From positions 85,791 to 149,790 of the forward strand of contig MENK01000003.1 in NCBI GenBank assembly GCA_001768235.1: DNA of 64,000 nt. Reading direction: 5' to 3'. The notes beneath the pieces are model-generated. The model saw nothing but the letters and a program-made list of their open reading frames with translations, was not told the DNA's origin and did no database searches. A program made the translations under genes and the position numbers. The stretch comes from Bacteroidetes bacterium GWB2_32_14 (GTDB taxonomy: Bacteria > Bacteroidota > Bacteroidia > Bacteroidales > UBA12077). Positions 56,304 to 64,000 of the stretch are shown here, piece after piece. Each line of letters opens with the position of its first letter. Position 1 is the stretch's first letter.

Positions 56304-57542
56304 ATGAAATATCTTAAAATTATTGTTTTCCAATTATTATTTACAACCTTAATATATGCCCAAACAGAAATAAAAGAAGGATATATCATAACCAATAATA
56401 ATGACACTCTTCACGGATATATTGAAAAAGATTCGCACTTAAAAAGTGCATATCAATGTGTTTTTAAAAAAGATTTAAATGCTAATGATGTAATCAGATA
56501 TGCTCCAGGAGAAATATTTGCATATGGCTATAATGGAGAGAAATTTTTTATTTCTAGAGAAATAAAATGGAAAGATTCAACAAAAGAAATCTTATTTCTT
56601 GAATACCTAATAAATGGTATAGTAGATATATACTATTGTAAAAACAACGAAGGGGAACACTATTTTTTAGATAGTGAAAAGACAGGGTTTATTGAATTAA
56701 CAGGAGGGAAAAATGAAATAGACGGGAAATACTCTGATTACATTGTTAAAAATACCAATCATATAGGTCTTTTACGATTAGCATTTGCTGACAGACCTGA
56801 TTTTTTTAATCAAATTAATAATGTTAGTGTTAATCATAATTCATTAATAAATGTAGGAGAGAAATATCACAATTTAGTATGTACAGATGAGAAATGCATA
56901 ATCTACTCAAATAAAACTTATATAAATAAATTAAATATTGGTGCTTATATTGGTTATGGATTTAATGAAATTGACAGTAAAATTATTCGTTTTCGAACAG
57001 AATACATTTTAAATATGGATGTTTCATATAATTCAATAATTGCTGGTACAAATTTGATTCTAAGTATTCCTCAAGTAAATGATAATCTGTTTCTTCGATT
57101 TGATTTACTATTTGATTATGGTAAAGCACATGCATCGCATTCATATAGTGATGATTACAGAGTATATAATTACTCTTTTGATTTCTATAACTTACATTTA
57201 AAACACACAATTAATTTAGAATATAAATATTCTTTTAAAAAAATTGAACCATATATTTATGGGGGATTCTCCGATAATATTTCTATTTATAGCAAATTAG
57301 ACGGCACTTTTGTATCGGACAATCTGCAGATAAATGAAATTATTTCAGATAAAAATATTGAAATAAACTTGTTTAACCCAGGTTATAATATTGGATGTGG
57401 ATTGAATTTTAAAATAAAAGATATTTACAAAATGTATTTTGATATTCAATACCATAAAAACTATTTGTTGTTTACAATAGATGAAAAAAACTCTGTATTA
57501 TCTACATTAAACTTTACACTTGGTTACTATTTTAAAAATTAG
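56304..57542 (+). CDS. hypothetical exported protein, putative outer-membrane beta-barrel C-terminal half (paralogue A)
   Basis: 412 aa. Signal peptide ...LIYAQ. N-terminal motif KEGYIITNNNDTLHGYIEK. The C-terminal ~200 aa have an alternating-residue beta pattern ending LNFTLGYYFKN. A -7 box taaatttg lies at 56274-56281. Confidence 0.6.
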   Translation: MKYLKIIVFQLLFTTLIYAQTEIKEGYIITNNNDTLHGYIEKDSHLKSAYQCVFKKDLNANDVIRYAPGEIFAYGYNGEKFFISREIKWKDSTKEILFLEYLINGIVDIYYCKNNEGEHYFLDSEKTGFIELTGGKNEIDGKYSDYIVKNTNHIGLLRLAFADRPDFFNQINNVSVNHNSLINVGEKYHNLVCTDEKCIIYSNKTYINKLNIGAYIGYGFNEIDSKIIRFRTEYILNMDVSYNSIIAGTNLILSIPQVNDNLFLRFDLLFDYGKAHASHSYSDDYRVYNYSFDFYNLHLKHTINLEYKYSFKKIEPYIYGGFSDNISIYSKLDGTFVSDNLQINEIISDKNIEINLFNPGYNIGCGLNFKIKDIYKMYFDIQYHKNYLLFTIDEKNSVLSTLNFTLGYYFKN

Positions 57543-57565
57543 TTAATAATAAAATTAAAAAGATT

Positions 57566-58705
57566 ATGAGAAAAATTAAATTGATTTTTTGTACTGTATT
57601 TATTACTCTTTCATTAAGTGCATTTTCACAAGTAAATAGTGAGGAATTTAAAAAGGAGCAGGGAACAGAAAAGGGATATATAATTACAAATACGAATGAA
57701 TATAAATCAGGCTATATCAGGAAAGGTATGGACTATGAGAATTCAAAATATATTTATTATTACAAGTTTATTAAAGCTACACCAATAAAATATAATGTTG
57801 ACAGTATAAAAGAATATGGATATGATGATATTGTTTATGAAAACATTAAAATAAATGGTAAGAATATATTTTTACAACGGTTAAATAATAAAAAACCATA
57901 TTTATACTATCTTAAGAGTTCAGATAAAAAAGAATTTTATTTAAAAGAAGCAGAAGATTTAAAATTATTACCTTCAAATAAAAAAGAACTAGTAAAAACT
58001 TTACGTAACGATTTAGATAGCTGTAAAGAAATTGAGAATACAATCAATTTTGCTATGTATAATAAATCAAGATTGATATCAATATTTAAGCGATATGACG
58101 AGTGTAGTAATAAAAGAATTCCATATTTTAAAATAGGAATCTCTACTGGATTAGATTATAGTACTATAAATTTTAAACCTGATTATTTTATTAGTTATGT
58201 TGTTTATTCTGGTTATGGAGTAACTCTTAATAATAAATATATTATTGAAAAGATCTCTTCAACTTTAGGAAGTAATTATGGAATATTCCTGGATATACCT
58301 ATGACCTATAAACGTATGCGTTTATCATTTCGCCCAGAAATTGATTTCTCTATCAAAAAATATGAAGCATCAGATGGTCAGGGAGATTTAAGTTTTGATA
58401 TTTCTTATACTAATGTAAATTTATTTTTAAGAAACAATAGTTTAAAAAATAAAGTTTCGTTTTATATGGATTATGGATTGATTTTTTCTTCTATTAAAAC
58501 TAGTAATGTTAAAATTGATGCATATGAAGATGTTGATTTAAGACTAAATAATATATTATATGGAATAGGTCTTGGCTGTGGAGTTGATATTCCTGTTTTC
58601 AAACGAAATACTTTAAATATTGGTGTTAAAGGAAATCTTTTAACTGGTGATAAAAATATTTCTAGTTTATATAATGCAGGGTTATATTTAGGTCTTAGTT
58701 TCTAG
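57566..58705 (+). CDS. hypothetical exported protein, putative outer-membrane beta-barrel C-terminal half (paralogue B)
   Basis: 379 aa. Signal peptide ...LSAFSQ. N-terminal motif EKGYIITNTNEYKSGYIRK, shared with the upstream gene. Ends ...YNAGLYLGLSF, a terminal Phe as in OMP beta-signals. Confidence 0.6.
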   Translation: MRKIKLIFCTVFITLSLSAFSQVNSEEFKKEQGTEKGYIITNTNEYKSGYIRKGMDYENSKYIYYYKFIKATPIKYNVDSIKEYGYDDIVYENIKINGKNIFLQRLNNKKPYLYYLKSSDKKEFYLKEAEDLKLLPSNKKELVKTLRNDLDSCKEIENTINFAMYNKSRLISIFKRYDECSNKRIPYFKIGISTGLDYSTINFKPDYFISYVVYSGYGVTLNNKYIIEKISSTLGSNYGIFLDIPMTYKRMRLSFRPEIDFSIKKYEASDGQGDLSFDISYTNVNLFLRNNSLKNKVSFYMDYGLIFSSIKTSNVKIDAYEDVDLRLNNILYGIGLGCGVDIPVFKRNTLNIGVKGNLLTGDKNISSLYNAGLYLGLSF

Positions 58706-58754
58706 TTAAAATATAAAATAATATTAAACGAGCGGTATTAACCGTTCGTTTTTT

Positions 58755-60002
58755 TTATAATCCCAACAATACTTCATCTGCATTCTTATCTCCCGCAATC
58801 ATTTTATAAGGTGATTCGAGTAATTCTTTTACTTTAACCAAGAATCCTACTGAATCTTTTCCATCAATGGTTCTGTGATCGTACGATAAAGCAACGTACA
58901 TCATCGGGCGTATTGCAACCTTGCCATTGATTGCAACCGGCCTTTCCTGAATGTTGTGCATTCCCAATATTCCCGATTGTGGCGGATTTAAAATCGGGGT
59001 AGAAAGTAACGAGCCAAAAACACCTCCATTGGTAATTGTAAATGTTCCTCCTGACAATTCTTCCAGCGAAATTCTGCCTGCACGGCCTTTATCGGCAAGT
59101 TCTTTTATTTTGATTTCAAGTTCGGCAAGACTCATCGATTCCGCATTACGAACAACCGGAACCATTAATCCTTTGGGTGTTTGAACAGCAATGCCAATAT
59201 CGGCATAATCAGGATATAGTATTTCGTCGTCAGCAATTTGCGAATTAACCGCAGGGTATGCTTTTAATGCAATGGTAACAGCTTTTGTAAAGAACGACAT
59301 AAAACCCAGTTTTATTCCATGCTTTTCGGTAAATTGGTTCTGATATTGGTTTCGAAGTTTAATAATTTTGGTCATATCCACTTCGTTAAACGTGGTAAGC
59401 ATGGCAGTTTCGTTTTTAACCGAAACCAGTCGTTCACTTAGTTTTTTTCGAAGTGGTGATATTTTCTTATGTTCAGTTTCTCTTGAAATCTCTGTTTTTT
59501 GATTTGAGTTTATTCCTAAACTTGATTTCTGAGCTAGTATTTGTTCGATTTCATGTTTCCCAATTCGTTTCAATCCTTTTATCACATCATCTATATTCAG
59601 GTTATTTTCTTCCATTAGTTTTTGAGCTACCGGAGAAATTTTTACATTCGAATATTCCGAATTGGTTAATTGATGTTCAGCATTCTGCGTTTCCAAATTT
59701 TCTTTTTTTACATCTTGCTTAGGGACTTCGACTTTTTTAGTTTGCTGCGGTTTCGATTCTGTTGGTTTTACATTTGTGTCAATTTTACAAGCCACTGCTC
59801 CTACTTTAGTTGTTGTACCAACTGCAATAAGAATTTCAATTTTACCACTTTCAGAAGCAATAAGTGGAAGAGTTGCTTTATCGGATTCAATCTCGGCAAT
59901 CTCCTGATCTTTCTCTACATATTGGCCATTCTCCACGAGCCAGTTCGACAGAACTACTTCTGTTATCGATTCTCCCGGGCTGGGTATTTTAATTTCAATC
60001 AT
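58755..60002 (-). CDS. sucB: 2-oxoglutarate dehydrogenase E2, dihydrolipoyllysine-residue succinyltransferase
   Basis: The track start at 60011 is TTG. The ATG at 60002 gives [16 protein letters not shown]. Lipoyl motif [12 protein letters not shown]3/E1-binding domain ([13 protein letters not shown]), and catalytic SYDHRTIDG. Confidence 0.9.
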   Translation of the reverse strand: MIEIKIPSPGESITEVVLSNWLVENGQYVEKDQEIAEIESDKATLPLIASESGKIEILIAVGTTTKVGAVACKIDTNVKPTESKPQQTKKVEVPKQDVKKENLETQNAEHQLTNSEYSNVKISPVAQKLMEENNLNIDDVIKGLKRIGKHEIEQILAQKSSLGINSNQKTEISRETEHKKISPLRKKLSERLVSVKNETAMLTTFNEVDMTKIIKLRNQYQNQFTEKHGIKLGFMSFFTKAVTIALKAYPAVNSQIADDEILYPDYADIGIAVQTPKGLMVPVVRNAESMSLAELEIKIKELADKGRAGRISLEELSGGTFTITNGGVFGSLLSTPILNPPQSGILGMHNIQERPVAINGKVAIRPMMYVALSYDHRTIDGKDSVGFLVKVKELLESPYKMIAGDKNADEVLLGL

Positions 60003-60089
60003 ATATTTCAAGTATCAAGTATTTAGTATCAAGATAATTTTACTTTTATCCCGCCAAAGGTGGGCAAGCTTTTAACTTTTATCTAACAT

Positions 60090-62891
60090 CTATAAATAAG
60101 TGTGTTGCTGTTTAATTTCTTCTCGTTTGCTTCCCACATCACACTGCAATCCACAATATCCTTTTTTCAGTTCACAGGTACATTTCCTGAAAACTTTATT
60201 AATAATTTCCTGTTGTCCCAGAACATGAAGTTTATGCAATCCTACAGCAGGACTTCCACTTGCTAAACGTGCCAAAGGTTTTATATCAATTCCGGCAAAT
60301 TTATCGCGCACATAATTCCATGCTCCCATATTTTCAGGTTCTTCCTGTACCCACAGCCAACGCAATGTTTGGGGATATTTTTTTATAATTTGTTGGATTT
60401 GATTTTCGGGCCAGGGATGCAATTGTTCAACCCGAACAAGAGCAATGTCTTTGGCATTGAACTCTTCTTTTTTCTCCAATAAATCATAATAGATTTTTCC
60501 ACTACAAAATACTACACTTCTAACTTCCTGGATATCTACATTCTCATCATCGATAACTTCCTTGAAAGAACCTCTTGCTAAATCATCCAGTGGCGAAATG
60601 CATTTTGGATGGCGTAACAAACTTTTTGGTGTAAAAATAACTAATGGTATTGCAAATTCGCGATGAGCCTGTCTTCGCAAAACATGAAAGAAATTTGCCG
60701 GAGTTGTTGCATTCACAATTTGCATGTTATTGTTTGCACTTAATGTTAAAAAGCGTTCTATGCGGGCACTTGAATGTTCAGGTCCCTGGCCTTCGTATCC
60801 GTGTGGCAGAAATAATGTTAACCCGTTCATTAATCCCCATTTGTCTTCGGCAGAACTCATGTACTGATCAATGATAACCTGAGCAACATTATGAAAATCA
60901 CCAAACTGAGCTTCCCAAATTGTTAAACCGGAAGGAGTAGCAAGAGCAAAACCATATTCAAATCCTAATACTCCATATTCTGAAAGTGGCGAATTAAATA
61001 CATGAAATGGTGCCTGGTCTTCGCTGATATGCTTCAATGGAATATATTTGTTAACTGAATCTTCAATAGTTAATGTTGCATGCCTGTGAGAAAATGTTCC
61101 TCGTTCTGAATCCTGCCCGCTTAACCTTACCGGATGTCCCTCGGCAATCAATGTTCCGTATGCCAATAGTTCAGCCATAGCCCAATCCAGTTTTTCATCC
61201 TTCATCATGTTATTCCTATCGTTCATTAATTTCTCCACTTTATTGAAGAACTTTAAATCTTTTGGAAGCATGTTTATTTTATGAGCAATCGCTTTAAGCA
61301 CTTTTTTATCAACTCCTGTTAATGGAGAATTTTCGAATTCGGATTTTACCGGGTGATGGTACTTTAACCATTCATTTGCTAAAAATTGCCTAATAAGAAC
61401 CTTTTTGTTTTTTTGTGCAATTTCTAATTTCTGTTCAAGAAAAATTGAGTATTCCTGATCCAGTATCTTTAGTTCTTCTTTAGTACTAACATTTTGATTT
61501 ATTAAAAGATTACCATAAATATCTTTCGGATTGGGATGTTTACTAATAATATCGTACAATAATGGTTGAGTAAAGCGGGGTTCATCTCCTTCGTTGTGCC
61601 CGTATTTTCGATAACACAAGATATCGATAAATATATCGGTATGAAAAGTCTGACGAAATTCCATTGCCATTTCAATGGTATAAACCAATGCTTCAACATC
61701 ATCACCATTCACATGGAAAATAGGTGACTTGGTAACTTTGGCAATATCGGTACAATACGTGCTTGATCGGGCTTCGAGATAATTGGTTGTAAAGCCTACC
61801 TGGTTATTAACAACCAGATGAATTGTGCCCCCTGTTCTATATCCATTTAACTGCGACATTTGAAGAGTTTCATAAACTACTCCCTGACTTGCTATCGCCG
61901 CATCGCCATGTATAATAACAGGAATAAGCTTTTTGTAATCGTGATTATACTTTTCCCATATAATCGCTTTAGAAATTCCCTGAACCACCGGGCCAACAGT
62001 TTCCAGATGCGATGGATTAGGTACCAACTTTATATTTACCGTTTTTTTATCATTTGTTAAAAATGAATTTTCAAAACCCAGGTGATATTTTACATCACCC
62101 AGGGCAATTGTTTCATCGTATTCTTCACCTAAAAACTCAGAAAAGATATTTTCAACTGGTTTCTTTAAGATATTGGCAAGAACATTCAGTCTTCCGCGAT
62201 GTGCCATACCAATGATAAACTCTTCGATACCCAGTTTTGAACCTTTCTCAATAATTGAATCCATCGCCGGAATTAATGTTTCAGCCCCTTCAAGCGAGAA
62301 TCTTTTTTGTCCGACAAACTTCCTGTGAATGAAACTTTCAAACCCGACAGCTTGTTTTAAGTGGTTGTAAATATGTTTTTTCTGTGAATTTGAAAATTCC
62401 GGAGTATTCTTCTTACTTTCCATTCGATTCTGAAGCCAACTCAGAATTTCAGGATTCCTGATAAACATGTATTCAGCACCAATCGAATAACAATAGGTTG
62501 TTTCGAGATGTAAAATAATATTTTTTAAAGTTGCCGGGCCAATACCTATGTTTTTCCCGGCCTGAAAAGTTTTTTCCAAATCATCGGTATCTAAACCAAA
62601 ATTACCAATCGCCAAAGCAGGTGAATATTTTCTGCGTTCTCTGACAGGGTTGGTTTTAGTAAACAAATGCCCACGTTTCCTGTAGCCATCAATAAGATTA
62701 ATTACTTTAAACTCTTTATCTACCCATTCGCTGCCCTGAGTTGAATTTGGAAAATGCTTTTGTGCAAATTCAAATCCTTCGAAAAACTTTTGCCATTGAA
62801 TATCAACCGAAGATGAATTAACTTTATATTGTTCGTATAATTTTTCTATTGAATCAATTTCGGAATTTCCTAAATAAGAGAATTTATCCAT
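60090..62891 (-). CDS. sucA: 2-oxoglutarate dehydrogenase E1 component
   Basis: The track start at 62912 is TTG. The ATG at 62891 gives MDKFSYLGNSEIDSIEKLYEQY, a typical SucA start. TPP region (GMAHRGRLNVLAN...HGDAA...QGVV.E) and C-terminal transketolase-like domains. About 933 aa. Confidence 0.9.
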   Translation of the reverse strand: MDKFSYLGNSEIDSIEKLYEQYKVNSSSVDIQWQKFFEGFEFAQKHFPNSTQGSEWVDKEFKVINLIDGYRKRGHLFTKTNPVRERRKYSPALAIGNFGLDTDDLEKTFQAGKNIGIGPATLKNIILHLETTYCYSIGAEYMFIRNPEILSWLQNRMESKKNTPEFSNSQKKHIYNHLKQAVGFESFIHRKFVGQKRFSLEGAETLIPAMDSIIEKGSKLGIEEFIIGMAHRGRLNVLANILKKPVENIFSEFLGEEYDETIALGDVKYHLGFENSFLTNDKKTVNIKLVPNPSHLETVGPVVQGISKAIIWEKYNHDYKKLIPVIIHGDAAIASQGVVYETLQMSQLNGYRTGGTIHLVVNNQVGFTTNYLEARSSTYCTDIAKVTKSPIFHVNGDDVEALVYTIEMAMEFRQTFHTDIFIDILCYRKYGHNEGDEPRFTQPLLYDIISKHPNPKDIYGNLLINQNVSTKEELKILDQEYSIFLEQKLEIAQKNKKVLIRQFLANEWLKYHHPVKSEFENSPLTGVDKKVLKAIAHKINMLPKDLKFFNKVEKLMNDRNNMMKDEKLDWAMAELLAYGTLIAEGHPVRLSGQDSERGTFSHRHATLTIEDSVNKYIPLKHISEDQAPFHVFNSPLSEYGVLGFEYGFALATPSGLTIWEAQFGDFHNVAQVIIDQYMSSAEDKWGLMNGLTLFLPHGYEGQGPEHSSARIERFLTLSANNNMQIVNATTPANFFHVLRRQAHREFAIPLVIFTPKSLLRHPKCISPLDDLARGSFKEVIDDENVDIQEVRSVVFCSGKIYYDLLEKKEEFNAKDIALVRVEQLHPWPENQIQQIIKKYPQTLRWLWVQEEPENMGAWNYVRDKFAGIDIKPLARLASGSPAVGLHKLHVLGQQEIINKVFRKCTCELKKGYCGLQCDVGSKREEIKQQHTYL

Positions 62892-63103
62892 GATTAAACT
62901 ATTTTTTATCAATACAATACATGTTCAAGTTGATTTTGTTTAACTTAACTATATTAAGTTCACGATTTTAATACTTATTAAATATAAACAAAACACTTCG
63001 AAAATCATATTGTTTAATCTATTTGTTTAGCTTTTTGAATTAAATATAGAATTGAACAAAAAATTATAAATAATGTTTACGATTATAAATTATTTAACCT
63101 AAA

Positions 63104-64000
63104 AATGAAAATAGGAATACTCAAAGAACCCGAATTTGAAAACAGGGTGGCATTGTTACCCGATCATGTTAAAACTCTTATAGATTTAAAAGCTACTGTT
63201 TCAATTGAAAAAGGTGCCGGAAAAAAATCATTTTTTGCTGATAATAGCTATAACGAAAAAGGTGCTGAAATAGTAAGCAGGGAGCAGGTTTTAAATGATT
63301 CAAACCTGATTGTCAGTATTCACCACTTATCAACTGATGAATATAAAAAACTAAAGGAGAGTCAAGCTGTTCTAACTGCTTTTAATCCATTATTTAATTC
63401 CAACATAGTTAAGCAGTTTGTAGAATCCGGTATTACTTCGTTTAGTATGGATATGGTTCCAAGAACCACCAGGGCACAGTCTATGGATATTCTTTCATCG
63501 ATGGCAACTGTTGCTGGTTATAAAGCTGTGCTCGAAGCTGCAAATCATTTGCCATCTTTTTTCCCGATGTTTATGACCGCGGCAGGGACAATTAAACCTT
63601 CAAAAGTGCTGGTTTTAGGTGCAGGTGTTGCCGGGCTGCAAGCTATTGCTACAGCCCGCAAACTGGGAGCTGTTGTAGAAGCATTCGATGTACGTTCTGC
63701 AGTAAAAGAAGAAGTTCAGAGTCTGGGCGCTAAATTTATTGAAGTAGAAGGTGCACTCAATGATTCAAATGCCGGTGGTTATGCAGTTGAACAAACAGAA
63801 GAATTTAAACAAAAACAACAACAGTTAATACAGGAACATGCTAAAAAAGCAAATGTAGTTATTACAACAGCCCAGATTCCCGGCAGAAAAGCTCCACTGC
63901 TAATTACTAAAGATACTGTTGAAAACATGATGCCGGGTTCAGTTATTATTGATCTTGCAGCATCTACAGGTGGAAATTGCGAGCTGACAAAAAATAATGA
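63104..64000 (+). CDS. pntA: NAD(P) transhydrogenase subunit alpha (PntA), N-terminal ~299 aa; runs off the right window edge
   Basis: Not in ORF track (no stop inside window). Own translation from ATG 63104: MKIGILKEPEFENRVALLPDHVKTL...DMVPRTTRAQSMDILSSMATVAGYKAVLEAA...VLVLGAGVAGLQAIATARKLGAVVEAFDVR... This is the alanine-dehydrogenase/PNT fold with the GAGVAG NAD site. Confidence 0.8.

Noticed and set aside
60011-60033. 9-nt direct repeat agtatcaag (60011-60019 and 60025-60033) and a small ccc(g/a)cc hairpin in the sucA-sucB spacer.
   Set aside because: It is too short to distinguish from chance in AT-rich sequence. It is not followed by a T-run, and the two genes are an obvious operon.
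62892-62912. N-terminal extensions in the ORF track whose first 'M' is actually TTG or GTG. Checked by reading the codons at track starts 1277, 2292, 10444, 16734, 24091, 27650, 31535, 35294, 43344, 47604, 50511, 53032, 60011 and 62912.
   Set aside because: In each case a downstream ATG yields a signal peptide or a homologue-like N-terminus, while the extension adds only hydrophobic or low-complexity residues. I therefore used the ATG starts. These remain predictions.
1-64000. Scan for CRISPR arrays, IS elements/transposases, integrases, prophage or conjugative genes, and rRNA.
   Set aside because: None found. There are no regularly spaced direct repeats. None of the ORFs show DDE/tyrosine/serine recombinase, capsid, terminase or relaxase motifs recognisable by eye.

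Overview
The window reads as an AT-rich (about one-third G+C by eye) Bacteroidota-type core chromosome segment. Phylum-typical markers are the nusB-DUF1573-yajC-YbbR-like synteny, a fused FeoA-FeoB, ftsK-lolA, a bacterial PUR-alpha homologue, and -33 TTTG / -7 TAnnTTTG promoters. I support about 58 protein-coding genes, including two that run off the window edges and one 55-aa gene missing from the ORF track. I also support 2 tRNA-Ser genes, about 13 hairpin terminators and a few promoters.

Content is dominated by housekeeping functions:
- Replication and division: dnaN, a DnaQ-like exonuclease, ftsK.
- Cell envelope: murB, mltG, a C40 peptidase, a glycosyltransferase, an MsbA-like ABC exporter.
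- Central metabolism: sucA/sucB, a fused keto-acid dehydrogenase E1, purB, two aminotransferases, ornithine carbamoyltransferase plus carbamate kinase, pntA.
- Chaperone and nucleoid: htpG, HU.

I found no rRNA, CRISPR array, transposase, integrase, phage gene or recognisable defence system. I cannot claim a clearly novel system. The candidates most worth a second look are:
1. A SiaC-like DUF1987 gene paired with a pseudo-receiver/coiled-coil/PP2C/receiver phosphatase, with no kinase or output gene nearby.
2. Two tandem paralogous signal-peptide/beta-barrel-like genes behind the longest, most AT-rich intergenic region.
3. Two small TM + Cys-rich proteins, one unlisted directly after feoB.
4. 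A terminator-bracketed four-gene unit: C45 peptidase-TPR, Sir2, S4, nitroreductase.
5. A membrane-anchored pseudo-receiver.

Many ORF-track N-termini begin at TTG/GTG. I moved those starts to the first downstream ATG where the N-terminus (signal peptide or homologue-like start) supports it. All function calls come from motif and family recognition by eye. No searches were run.
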